The position numbers and the translations under genes are program-made. Shown here in pieces: positions 28,488 to 37,921 of a DNA stretch of 64,000 bases. Every line of letters starts with the position of its first letter. Position 1 is the first letter of the stretch. This DNA is from an uncultured Eubacteriales bacterium (GTDB lineage Bacteria; Acidobacteriota; Aminicenantia; Aminicenantales; Aminicenantaceae), in NCBI GenBank assembly GCA_964633715.1, contig CAZWHQ010000010.1, positions 26,263 to 90,262 of the forward strand, given 5' to 3'. The notes under the pieces are model-generated. The model saw nothing but the letters and a program-made list of their open reading frames with translations, had not been told where the DNA came from and did no database searches.

Positions 28488-29924
28488 CTATTGCGGCCGT
28501 GCTCTCAAATCGATGCAGACCAAGTTGTGTGAATCCCTCGCCAAAAGCTGGCCGCGGACAATGGCTAGAGGCCCCCAGGCATCCACCCCATTGAGCACCT
28601 TGGCCTGCGCAAGCGGTTTGTATTCCGTGGCGCTGGCTTCGAAAACCGTCAATACGCCATCGTCACTCATGACAAAAAACTTGTCGTCGGCCACGATATA
28701 GGGGCCCAGGCCAAAACGGTGGGTTTTCCCGCTCGACCAGATAAAAGAGCTGATGTCATCGGGATTGACACAGACCATCTGGTTGCGGAGCGGCCCCGCA
28801 TCTTTGGGAAGAATCGAAAAGAGATGGCCTTTGTAATAGATGGGCGTCTGTTGCTCCGAGGCCATCCCCTCCTCCGGTTTTACGGACTGAAGGGCTTCGA
28901 CGCTAAAGACATCCCCTTCACGCGTTAACCTCACCATGAGGCTTCCCGCACCGTAGCCCGCCGTTAAGAATACCCTCCCGTCACCGATTGAAACAGGAGA
29001 AGGAGCAATTACGTTGTTGTTCCACAGTGTGGATTCGAACAGAACCTGACCGGCGGAATCCTCTTCCGCAGAGACGCCAATAAAACCGCCAAGGGCACAG
29101 TAGATGTACATCCTAACGCCATGGATGGTAAAGGGTAAAACCGACGAATGAGACATCCCCCATTGGTTTGGATTGGGGACTTCCCATACGATCTCCCCTG
29201 TTTCCAGATCCACTGCAATGAGGAGAGACGAGCCTCCGACTCCAATCACGGCCAGCGAACCGTCGATCAGAGGACACTGGCCGGTATACCAGAGCGGCTC
29301 TGGAGATTCATATTCTCTTTGAAGGTCAATCCCCCATTTAAAATCACCCGTAATCGCGTCTACACACATCACCTGGCATTTAGGGCCGATGGTCACCACA
29401 TATTTGTCTGTCACCGCGGGAACCGTCCGCGACATCCCATGGTTTCTTTTGATGTTGATCTCATAACCCCGCCGCCAGATTTCGGATCCGTCCTCGAAGG
29501 AAAAACAGCGCAGAATATCCGCCCGTTCTTCTTCATCGTAGTCGAGCACATAAATACATCCGTTGGCCACGACAGGACCCGCGTGCCCTTCCCCAAGAGC
29601 GATGGAGTATAAAATATCCGGCCCCGACTCCCCCCAAGAGTGAGATAGAGAAACATTTTCCCTGCTGATGTTGTCGTAGAAGGCACCGCGGAATCTCGGC
29701 CAACTCCCCTGCAAAGTTGAAGGCAGACCTTCGAATGACGTAAACAGGGCTCCAATCTCTACGGCTTCCCCCAGGCTGACAAAACCTTCAGGCCGGTTGT
29801 CCCTGCCCGGAAGGCCCTCGACAAAGTCTTTGACGGGATTGTGGTAAAACCACCAGCTCAAAAGGAACAGGGCAACAAATGCTGTCGCGGTGAAGGTTAT
29901 TCGTTGAAGAGTTTTTTCATTCAT
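28488..29924 (-). CDS. PQQ-like beta-propeller repeat protein; paralog 5, with an N-terminal anchor or signal.
   Basis: N-terminal hydrophobic segment, then repeated propeller blades. Related to the other paralogs but more divergent. It lacks the WPxWRGP motif. Confidence 0.65.
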   Translation of the reverse strand: MNEKTLQRITFTATAFVALFLLSWWFYHNPVKDFVEGLPGRDNRPEGFVSLGEAVEIGALFTSFEGLPSTLQGSWPRFRGAFYDNISRENVSLSHSWGESGPDILYSIALGEGHAGPVVANGCIYVLDYDEEERADILRCFSFEDGSEIWRRGYEINIKRNHGMSRTVPAVTDKYVVTIGPKCQVMCVDAITGDFKWGIDLQREYESPEPLWYTGQCPLIDGSLAVIGVGGSSLLIAVDLETGEIVWEVPNPNQWGMSHSSVLPFTIHGVRMYIYCALGGFIGVSAEEDSAGQVLFESTLWNNNVIAPSPVSIGDGRVFLTAGYGAGSLMVRLTREGDVFSVEALQSVKPEEGMASEQQTPIYYKGHLFSILPKDAGPLRNQMVCVNPDDISSFIWSSGKTHRFGLGPYIVADDKFFVMSDDGVLTVFEASATEYKPLAQAKVLNGVDAWGPLAIVRGQLLARDSHNLVCIDLRARPQ

Positions 29925-30045
29925 CTAACTAAAATTATTATAGCCCATATCCGCATCTCTTTTACACACTAATCCTATTGAATTACTTGAATAATCCAAG
30001 ATGAGTAATAGCGTTTTTTTGTTCGACACTTCAAGTACGCACTCT

Positions 30046-31407
30046 TTATTTCAGGCTTACGGCCACCAGATTGTGCTGGGTTCTGAAGTACAACCTGCCC
30101 TCTGAAATCGCGGGTGTGGCCAGCATTTTTTCATTCATGGAATTGGTCGCAAGGATCTCGAACTCCGGGCCGCCTTTGACAACATACACATTTCCCTCCT
30201 CGCTCGTGAAATACAGGTTTCCGCCGGACGCCACTCCTGAGGCGGCAAAGGCCTCCATCTTGGCCAGTTGCTCTTTGTAGACGGATTCACCCGTTTTCGC
30301 ATCGAAACAATTCAGCAGGCCGTTCCAGTTCATGTTATAGAGATATCCGTCGTAGACAAGAGGGGACGGAATGTAAGCCCCTCCCCGTTTTACACTCCAG
30401 ACAATCTTATCACTGGTAGTGGTGTCGGCATCGAGCGAGATATCTCCCTTCGCATCCAGCTTTATGGCATAAATCGGCGACAGTCGCCCGTGCGCCCCGT
30501 TGATGTACACCAAATCGCCCGCCACCACGGGAGTCGGGATGGGGATGTCTCCGCCGCCTGAAATCTTCCAGATCTCCTTTCCCGTCCGGAAGTCATAACT
30601 TCCGATGTGTTTAAAACCGTTGACAATGATCTGAGTATTTTGTTCGCCGACATAAATCGTTGGGGTGCTCCATGTGGGGTAATCCTCCCGAGGGGTTCGC
30701 CAGAGTTCTTTGCCCGTGGCAGCGTCCAGAGCCGCCAGAAAGGCGGTGTTCAGGGCGTCACACTGAACCACAACCACGCCCTTGTGGATGACGGGCGAAC
30801 TGGCAAATCCCCACTGGGCCGTGGGCATAGTAAAAAAAGCCGAATCCAAAAGCCCAAAATTCTTTTTCCAGAGCAGCTCCCCCTCCATGTCGTAGCAGTA
30901 GAGGCCTTCGGAGCCGAAAAAAGCCACAACGTGCTGCCCATCGGTCGCCGCCGTTGAGTTGGCGTGTGTGGCCATTGGATGGCGTTTGACTTTGGGCACT
31001 CCCTCGTACGCCGTCTTTTCCCAGAGGATCTCTCCGGAATTTTTATCCAGGCAGAAAACCTTCCATGTCTGCACGGAATTATCATAGACAGGAGTGACAC
31101 TCCCATAAAGGCCAGTTTTGAGTTCGGGAGATTCATTTTCACTGACTGCGGTCGTCACAAACAACCTGTCCCCCCAGATAATCGGGCTGGAATGGGCCAA
31201 CCCGGGAATGAGTGTTGTCCACAGGATGTTTTCCCCTGCCTCCCGGTTCCAGGACACAGGAAGAGGCGATCCCTCAACAAATCCGCGGGCGTAAGGGCCT
31301 CGGAAACTCGGCCAGTTTATCCCTTCATCTTTATTCTGGCCCATAGATACAAAACCAGTACACATCAGAATAAATAGGACTAACAAACATCTGTATACTC
31401 TTGACAC
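30046..31407 (-). CDS. PQQ-like beta-propeller repeat protein, secreted; paralog 6.
   Basis: Contains INWPSFRGPYARG and PIIWGDRLFVTTA motifs. The track start, a TTG at 31437, abuts a -10 box. I prefer the GTG at 31407 (MSRVYRCLLVLFILMCTGFVSMG, a clean signal peptide) with AGGAG about 10 nt upstream. Confidence 0.7.
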   Translation of the reverse strand: MSRVYRCLLVLFILMCTGFVSMGQNKDEGINWPSFRGPYARGFVEGSPLPVSWNREAGENILWTTLIPGLAHSSPIIWGDRLFVTTAVSENESPELKTGLYGSVTPVYDNSVQTWKVFCLDKNSGEILWEKTAYEGVPKVKRHPMATHANSTAATDGQHVVAFFGSEGLYCYDMEGELLWKKNFGLLDSAFFTMPTAQWGFASSPVIHKGVVVVQCDALNTAFLAALDAATGKELWRTPREDYPTWSTPTIYVGEQNTQIIVNGFKHIGSYDFRTGKEIWKISGGGDIPIPTPVVAGDLVYINGAHGRLSPIYAIKLDAKGDISLDADTTTSDKIVWSVKRGGAYIPSPLVYDGYLYNMNWNGLLNCFDAKTGESVYKEQLAKMEAFAASGVASGGNLYFTSEEGNVYVVKGGPEFEILATNSMNEKMLATPAISEGRLYFRTQHNLVAVSLK

Positions 31408-31437
31408 TATTGACTCTCTCCTTTGTATAGAACTCAA

Positions 31438-31466
31438 ATATTAGCAGAACCGGTGCGAAAGGACAA
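31438..31466 (-). promoter_or_regulatory. Putative sigma-70 promoter for the long minus-strand operon (TTGTCC-N17-TAATAT).
   Basis: Read on the minus strand, the -35 ttgtcc is the complement of 31461-31466, the spacer is 17 nt, and the -10 taatat is the complement of 31438-31443. It lies directly upstream of the first gene of the 21-kb co-directional array. Confidence 0.35.
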
Positions 31467-31496
31467 ACCTCCTTCCATCATGAGTTATCCCATTTG

Positions 31497-31524
31497 TTGA
31501 CTTAAAACCGGAAGGCCCTATAAA
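31497..31524 (+). promoter_or_regulatory. Putative sigma-70 promoter for the lipocalin gene (TTGACT-N16-TATAAA).
   Basis: The -35 ttgact is at 31497-31502, the spacer is 16 nt, and the -10 tataaa is at 31519-31524. RBS AAGGAGG at 31529-31535. ATG at 31542. Confidence 0.4.
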
Positions 31525-31541
31525 ATTATAAGGAGGCACTT

Positions 31542-32093
31542 ATGAAGAATTGGTTTTTGCTTATAATTATTCCTTTGGGATTTTTGTTTTTTCTTAGAGC
31601 AAGCCACGCGGTTTTGGATCCTCCAAAAACAGTCTCTTTTGTGGACTTAAATCGTTATACAGGGCTCTGGTACGAGATCTCAAAAATTCCCAACAGCTTT
31701 CAAAAAAAATGTGCGGCTGGGACTACGGCCGAATACAGCCTGAGGGAAGATGGCCGCATTCAGGCCGTCAATAAATGCTTCAAATCCGACGGAAGCCTAA
31801 AGCAGGCTACAGGTGTCGCTCGAATTGCCGATTCTGTAACCAAGGCCAAATTGGAAGTCAGTTTTGTGCGGATTCTTGGGAGAAACAGGTTTTGGGGAGA
31901 TTACTGGATCATCGAGTTGGATGAAGACTATCAATGGGTGATCATCGGTCATCCAAAGCGTAAATATGGATGGATCTTGAGCCGAACGCCGGAGATATCG
32001 GCTGAACTGAGACAACAACTCAAAAAGCGATTAAGGGCTCAGGGCTATGATCCGCAAAACTTTGTGGACACACCAAAAAAGAAGACTCTTTGA
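31542..32093 (+). CDS. blc: Bacterial lipocalin (Blc-like outer membrane lipoprotein).
   Basis: Signal peptide followed by YTGLWYEISKIPNSFQKKC, a lipocalin SCR1-like motif. Size 183 aa. Confidence 0.8.
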   Translation: MKNWFLLIIIPLGFLFFLRASHAVLDPPKTVSFVDLNRYTGLWYEISKIPNSFQKKCAAGTTAEYSLREDGRIQAVNKCFKSDGSLKQATGVARIADSVTKAKLEVSFVRILGRNRFWGDYWIIELDEDYQWVIIGHPKRKYGWILSRTPEISAELRQQLKKRLRAQGYDPQNFVDTPKKKTL

Positions 32094-32116
32094 GTACGCT
32101 GCAACAGATTTTAAGC

Positions 32117-35100
32117 TCAATTTAATGCAGCAAGGCTTTTATCTACAAGTTTTATCTGGATTTGAATCTCTTCGAGTTTGGCTTTTTCAGCTTCGACGAC
32201 TTCTGTTGGGGCTCTGCTGACAAAGCTGTCATTAGCCAATCTGGCTTTGGCTTTTTCAGATTCCTTCTCGAGTTTAGTACGCTGTTTCACCAGCCGTTCT
32301 CTTTCCCTATCCGGATCCACCGCCCCAATCAGGTAGATCTCCGTATTTCCAACTACCTGAGTAGTGGCCAGAGCCGGCCTTTCCACAGTGCTTGAGACCG
32401 TGAGTGAAGACAAGTTGGCCATGTGAAGAACCAATTTTTTTAATCGGTCCAAAACTATTGTTTCTTCATTTTCTGCCTTAATAAGGGCTTCAAAGGCTTT
32501 TCGGGGTGGAATGTTGTGCCGGGACCGGATGTCCCTGATGGAACGGATCACATCCTGAACCAAAGAAAAATTTGACTCGACTGTCGAGTCCTCCCAATCC
32601 GGAAAAGCGTTCGGCCATGTCGCATTTATCAACAGATCTGAGGAAGGAAGAGGTTCAAAAAGGCCTCGAATTGGGGATTGGATTTGGAGTCTCTCCCAGA
32701 GGACTTCGGTAATGTAGGGGACAAACGGATGAAAAAGCCGGAGAACCAAATCGATGGCCAGGGATAAAACCGTCCTTGCAACGGGTGCCGAATCTTCGCT
32801 CTTAAAGCGGGGTTTAATGAATTCCAGATACCAGTCACAGAGTTCCGACCAGAAAAATTCTCTGGCTTCACCAATAGCCGCAGAAGGATTATAGGCCTTA
32901 AGTTGAAAAGTGACTTTATCAATCACACGTGACAGTCGAGAGAGAATCCATCGATCTTCGGGCTCCAGCTGGTCTGGATCCAAAGGAGAAAAAGACAGCT
33001 CTCCAAGATTGATCAAGGCAAAACGAACCGCGTTCCAAAGTTTTGTGCAAAACGCACGCCCCACATCAAATCGCTCACTGATGATTTTGGCCATGGGCAT
33101 ATCCGGGATAGTGCCCAAGACGTCAAACTCTTCCCCGCTTCCGGGGCAGATATACGTAAAAATTGTCTGGCCGTGTTTGGCCGTAGCAAGATCGACCATC
33201 TCTCCCGTAAAAGGTGATATGGCCTGTACTGGCAGACGGATATCCTGTGTGCCTGTCTGCATGTCACAGAGAACATATCGCATAGCATCGGCCCCATATT
33301 TTTCGACGATATCCTCAGGATCGATGCCATTTCCCTTGCTTTTGCTCATCCGCTCGCCCTTGCCGTCCTGGATGTTGGCATGGATGAAACAGTCCGTGAA
33401 GGGGACATCACCCAGCAGGTAGAGCCCCATCATTTGCATGCGGGCCACCCAGAGTGTGATAATATCGCGTGCTGTGACAAGACAAGACCCTGGATAGTAG
33501 TATTCAAGACAGTTTTTGTTGCTGCCTTTTGCACCCAATGGTCTCTGTCCCTCGTCCACTAGAGCTGTTTCTGGATTAGGCCAACCTAGCGTGCTGAACG
33601 GCCAGAGAGAGGAGCTGAACCAGGTGTCGAGCACATCCGGATCTTGTTCTAGGCCAAGAGATTCCAGCCGATCGGCAAATTGTTCTTCGGCTTGACTGTC
33701 TCTGAGAGATACGAGCAGATCATATCTCCTGGTCTTTTCCAGTTTTCCTATTTCAACTAGGCTGTAAAGTTTTCCATCAGAATCAGCAATCCAACTCTGC
33801 AGCAAATCGCTTTGCGGAAGAGTCGCAACAATCTTTTCGATCTCGTCAGCAAAAAAGCTTTTATGCCAGATGGGAATCCTGTGGCCCCACCAGAGCTGGC
33901 GGCTTATACACCAGTCCCTTTTCTCAGCAAGCCAACTGCTGTATGTGCCTCCATAACGGGTATGATCGGGATAGAACGTCAACCGCCTTCCTGATGGCGT
34001 TTTGTACTCTCTTCCAACGGCATCGATAGCAGCCTGGGCAAGGCCGGCTGCACGAAATTCATTCTCTGTTTCGGCTCCACAGAGGATACCTCCATCCACA
34101 TCCCCCATATGGATAAACCACTGTTTGGAAAGATAGGGCTCTATCGGGCTTTTAGAACGGTCGGAATGACCGATTTCGATCTCTCTATCTTCTATATCCT
34201 CCATCAAACCCTGAGTTTCCAGGTCTGCAACAATTTGTGCGCGTGCGTCAAATCTGTCCAGTCCGCTGTAGGGACCTGCATTCTCATTGAGAGTTCCATC
34301 CGGATTTAATATATTGATAATGTCGATTTTATCCTTATGACGAATCCACACATCATAGTCATTAGGATCGTGAGCCGGGGTGACCTTGACACAACCAGAT
34401 CCGAGTTCCGGCTTGGCCCAAATGTCGAGGATTAGAGGGAGCTCTCTTTCTAAAAGCGGGAGCCTGACGTTTCGGCCGTCTTGGGCCATCTCTCTAAGTT
34501 TTAGAAGATGCGGGAGGAGGTCTCTCTTTTTCTCCTTTATGTCCTCCAACGTTTTTTCCAACTGCACCTTGTCCTTTTTCGGGGCGGATTTTATTCGTTT
34601 TGGCAGTTCGTGAAGAAGTCTGTCCAGTTCTTCTTCAGGATTAGGATGGCAGGCTACGGCTGTATCTCCCAACATGGTTTCGGGCCGAGTTGTCGCCACT
34701 GAGATAAATTCGGGCTCATCCGGTTTTGGATCGATAACTGGATATCGAATAAGCCAAAAATAACCCTGGATTTTTTCATAAATGATTTCATCATCACTGA
34801 CAGCGGTCTGCAGCTGACAATCCCAGTTGACCAAACGATCTCCACGAAAAATCAAGCCGTCACGGAACAGGCGGAAAAAAGCCTCCCTGACCGCCCTCGT
34901 ACAGACCGCATCCATAGTGAAACGCACACGGCTCCAATCACATGAACTCCCGATGATCTGCAGCTGCTCAATGATCCGCTGCTGGTATTCATCCTTCCAT
35001 GCCCAAATTCTTTCCACCAGCGCTTCGAGGCCAATATCATGCCGGGTTTTCTTTTCCAACTCGAAGAGCCTCTTTTCAACCACAGCTTGAGTGGCTATTC

Positions 35101-35392
35101 CGGCATGGTCGGTGCCCGGCATCCAAAGGGAATTATCCTTCATCATCCTATGCCAGCGAATCAAGAGGTCCTGCATAACGTTATCCATGGCATGCCCCAT
35201 ATGCAGGGCCCCGGTCACATTAGGCAGGGGCATCATGATGACATAAGAATTTTCCCGGCTGTCCGGAAGTGCAGCAAATGCATCGGAGTCCATCCACTTT
35301 TTATAAATTTGTTTTTCATAAGAAGAAAAATCAAAATGTATGGGAAATTTTTCTGATTTTTTTTCTGTGTCTTTTGATTCGTTATTTTTCAT
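32117..35392 (-). CDS. valS: Valine--tRNA ligase, 1091 aa.
   Basis: Class I HIGH motif HMGHAMDN and KMSKS motif KMSKSKGN. Long C-terminal coiled coil typical of ValS. There is an N-terminal extension of about 25 aa and internal insertions relative to the usual 880 aa. Confidence 0.95.
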   Translation of the reverse strand: MKNNESKDTEKKSEKFPIHFDFSSYEKQIYKKWMDSDAFAALPDSRENSYVIMMPLPNVTGALHMGHAMDNVMQDLLIRWHRMMKDNSLWMPGTDHAGIATQAVVEKRLFELEKKTRHDIGLEALVERIWAWKDEYQQRIIEQLQIIGSSCDWSRVRFTMDAVCTRAVREAFFRLFRDGLIFRGDRLVNWDCQLQTAVSDDEIIYEKIQGYFWLIRYPVIDPKPDEPEFISVATTRPETMLGDTAVACHPNPEEELDRLLHELPKRIKSAPKKDKVQLEKTLEDIKEKKRDLLPHLLKLREMAQDGRNVRLPLLERELPLILDIWAKPELGSGCVKVTPAHDPNDYDVWIRHKDKIDIINILNPDGTLNENAGPYSGLDRFDARAQIVADLETQGLMEDIEDREIEIGHSDRSKSPIEPYLSKQWFIHMGDVDGGILCGAETENEFRAAGLAQAAIDAVGREYKTPSGRRLTFYPDHTRYGGTYSSWLAEKRDWCISRQLWWGHRIPIWHKSFFADEIEKIVATLPQSDLLQSWIADSDGKLYSLVEIGKLEKTRRYDLLVSLRDSQAEEQFADRLESLGLEQDPDVLDTWFSSSLWPFSTLGWPNPETALVDEGQRPLGAKGSNKNCLEYYYPGSCLVTARDIITLWVARMQMMGLYLLGDVPFTDCFIHANIQDGKGERMSKSKGNGIDPEDIVEKYGADAMRYVLCDMQTGTQDIRLPVQAISPFTGEMVDLATAKHGQTIFTYICPGSGEEFDVLGTIPDMPMAKIISERFDVGRAFCTKLWNAVRFALINLGELSFSPLDPDQLEPEDRWILSRLSRVIDKVTFQLKAYNPSAAIGEAREFFWSELCDWYLEFIKPRFKSEDSAPVARTVLSLAIDLVLRLFHPFVPYITEVLWERLQIQSPIRGLFEPLPSSDLLINATWPNAFPDWEDSTVESNFSLVQDVIRSIRDIRSRHNIPPRKAFEALIKAENEETIVLDRLKKLVLHMANLSSLTVSSTVERPALATTQVVGNTEIYLIGAVDPDRERERLVKQRTKLEKESEKAKARLANDSFVSRAPTEVVEAEKAKLEEIQIQIKLVDKSLAALN

Positions 35393-35600
35393 TTTCTCTC
35401 TGAGTATTTCAGCGCAAATGACTGCACTAAAAGCAGTTAAGTTCAGCTATCTTACAATAGCCGTTTTTTGAAGTCAATGAAGAGAAGAACAGGAGGGATC
35501 GGATGTTGAGATGCGGCTCCTCTTTTTAATATAATCATAAAGACCTCAATCATTGTTCCCCTTAGGCATCTCGATGAAAAACACAATTGGGAGAAGGCAT

Positions 35601-35914
35601 TATGTCCTCAAACAACTACAAAATCATCAATCTGAGTGAAAATAATATCGACAAAAAGGATATCTGCTGTGGATTCTCCTAGAAAAAACTCGCTGAAGGC
35701 ACACGGCTACACATTTATCCACTGCTTCTGGGTATCCGGCCGCTATAAAAGACAGGGCCTCGGAACCAGGCTTTTGGATGAATGTATAAAGGATTCAGGA
35801 GAAAAGAATGGAATTGTCTGTGTGACCTCTAAAAAAGTCATGCCTTTTCTAACTGACAAAGGTTTTTTTTTAAAAAAGGAATTTATTAAGCTCGTACAAG
35901 AAAAGATGGTCTAA
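35601..35914 (+). pseudogene. Degenerate YoaP-like GNAT N-acetyltransferase remnant, with a frameshift plus an internal deletion.
   Basis: The frame from 35601 encodes MSSNNYKIINLSENNIDKKDICCGFS, the conserved N-terminal CCGF motif of YoaP-type GNATs. It then hits TAG at about 35679. The conserved core HGYTFIHCFWVSGRYKRQGLGTRLLDECIKD continues in the +1 frame, which is the track ORF 35636..35914. About 60 aa between the two blocks are missing. Confidence 0.5.
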
Positions 35915-36303
35915 AGTTCCCGTACACCCATCTGTTCAGCCTGAGGACACACAAACTTGGCATAACAGTGCAGACAGCCAATCTTGGAAAATATTATAAA
36001 GATGCGGAATATCAATAGTCCGACAAGAACCAGAAACACACAAAGGACTAGAAGAGAAAAGTGGAGAACAATGGCAGGGATCAAGGCCACAATGGGAGCA
36101 ACCAATGAAAACAAGTAAAGATTATTAGGACAAAGAAGTCCTTTGGAGCGATTAGGAAATTCATCATCATTCTGTTCCCGGGCGATTTTTCGAGAAACCA
36201 CATTGAGTCCCGATATACACAATCCTCCCTCCATTCTTCGATAGACACAGGAGGGACAGACTATTAGCGGCATCAGCACATACATCTCGCTAAAAGCAAA
36301 CAC
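35911..36303 (-). CDS. Hypothetical membrane protein, 130 aa, GTG start; possibly a truncated gene.
   Basis: Three hydrophobic segments. GTG start with no SD. The in-frame stop-free region upstream (36304-36432) also looks membrane-like but has no start codon. Confidence 0.3.
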   Translation of the reverse strand: MFAFSEMYVLMPLIVCPSCVYRRMEGGLCISGLNVVSRKIAREQNDDEFPNRSKGLLCPNNLYLFSLVAPIVALIPAIVLHFSLLVLCVFLVLVGLLIFRIFIIFSKIGCLHCYAKFVCPQAEQMGVREL

Positions 36304-36568
36304 AAGATAAAGTATTCCAAGTGAAGTGCTAACAGTTGTACGGCCGAAACCATAGATGATCCCAAATCCACTCAGCGAAAATGAAGAATTGTCGTGCCGT
36401 TGTAGATAAAAAGACTGGATAAAGGATACCTTTTATAGAGATTAGCCTTCGTTTTTTTTTGTCCGGGCATTATTCTATAAATGTAAACAGTTGATAACAC
36501 CTATCCAATATGATATCTCATAGAGACACGATGATAATCTCTCAAAACACCGAGACAAGGAGGTTAAG

Positions 36569-37921
36569 TTGAAAAGGCAATTTATAATCCTAACAGTACT
36601 ATTACTTACTCCACTCCTGGTTTTATGCGGGTATGATTTTGAAAATAAAGAATTTGCCGCACGGCGGGCCGCATTTATGGAACAAATTTCAGACGGAATC
36701 GCGATTATTCTTGGGGCCAACACCCCCACAGGAGACAGTCACTTTACTCAAACCAACGATTTTTACTATTTTACCGGAGTCGAAATTCAAAATGCGTTCC
36801 TCATCATCGATGGCCTGAACAAAGAAAGCCACATTTTTTTTGACCTCAGTGAAGATGGAGCTCGCGGTGAAGGCCTCCCTATTGAACTCGTTGACAATCC
36901 CGCTGAATTCACAGGGATTGAAAGAACCTATCCACTCGATCGTTTTTCATCCGTCCTCACACGGCTGAGTATGCAGACTCCTATTTTTTATACAGCCTTT
37001 AAACCCGGAGAGATCAGCATGGTCAATACCAATGAAAAGTTCAATTCTCTGCAGCGGACCATGACTATGAATATCTGGGATGGCCGGCTCACACGAGAGC
37101 TGCAGTTTGTTAAAAACCTCAAGGACAAATTTCCACAGATTACGGTCAAAGACTGCTCTCCTCTCATCTGGAATATGCGAAAAATCAAATCTCCCTCTGA
37201 AATCAATTTTATCCGCCGAGCAGCACAACTGGGAGTTGAGGCACACAAAGTCTTTATCGAGGCCACTGGCCCAGGGGTCAGTGAAAAAGAACTGGCTGCT
37301 TTGTTTACATACACATGTATGAGAAACGATGCCAGGGATTTGGCCTACAACGTGATCATTATGTCCGGCCCTAACCATAAATATGGTCACTACCATATAT
37401 ATGACCGGACGCTCGAGGATGGGGATTTTATCATTTTAGATGCGGGTCCGGATGTCGGATACTACAATGCGGACGTGTCCAGCACATTCCCCGCCAACGG
37501 CCGATTTTCACAAAAGCAAAAAGAAATCTACGTACTCGCTTATGGAATTTATGTCACCTGCCTTGAAAACTACAAGCCGGGAATAACATTCAAAGACGTA
37601 GGGAACAAAGTGCGGGAACACCTCATTAAAAACGGCTTTGATCCTGAGGAGCGAAGATTCAGGGGATTCATCCGCTACGGAGGATACAACCACTCCATCG
37701 GTATGGCCACACATGATCCCATGGGCTCGTTCGCCGGGCCAGATGAAAAACTCCAACCCGGTTTTGTCTTTGCCTGTGACATCAATATGCCCTACCCAGA
37801 CCAGGAAATGGGGATTCGTATCGAGGACACCATAGTCATCACGGAAGATGGCTACGAAAACCTGTCCCAGGGGCTTCCGCGATCATTAAAAGAGATTGAA
37901 GCCTTTATGAAAAAGAAATAA
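36569..37921 (+). CDS. M24 family metallopeptidase (Xaa-Pro aminopeptidase-like), secreted.
   Basis: TTG start with AAGGAGG 7 nt upstream. Pita-bread fold metal-ligand blocks HYHIYDRTLEDGDFIILDAG and DVSSTFP, GMATHD, and EDTIVITEDG. N-terminal signal peptide. Confidence 0.85.
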   Translation: MKRQFIILTVLLLTPLLVLCGYDFENKEFAARRAAFMEQISDGIAIILGANTPTGDSHFTQTNDFYYFTGVEIQNAFLIIDGLNKESHIFFDLSEDGARGEGLPIELVDNPAEFTGIERTYPLDRFSSVLTRLSMQTPIFYTAFKPGEISMVNTNEKFNSLQRTMTMNIWDGRLTRELQFVKNLKDKFPQITVKDCSPLIWNMRKIKSPSEINFIRRAAQLGVEAHKVFIEATGPGVSEKELAALFTYTCMRNDARDLAYNVIIMSGPNHKYGHYHIYDRTLEDGDFIILDAGPDVGYYNADVSSTFPANGRFSQKQKEIYVLAYGIYVTCLENYKPGITFKDVGNKVREHLIKNGFDPEERRFRGFIRYGGYNHSIGMATHDPMGSFAGPDEKLQPGFVFACDINMPYPDQEMGIRIEDTIVITEDGYENLSQGLPRSLKEIEAFMKKK

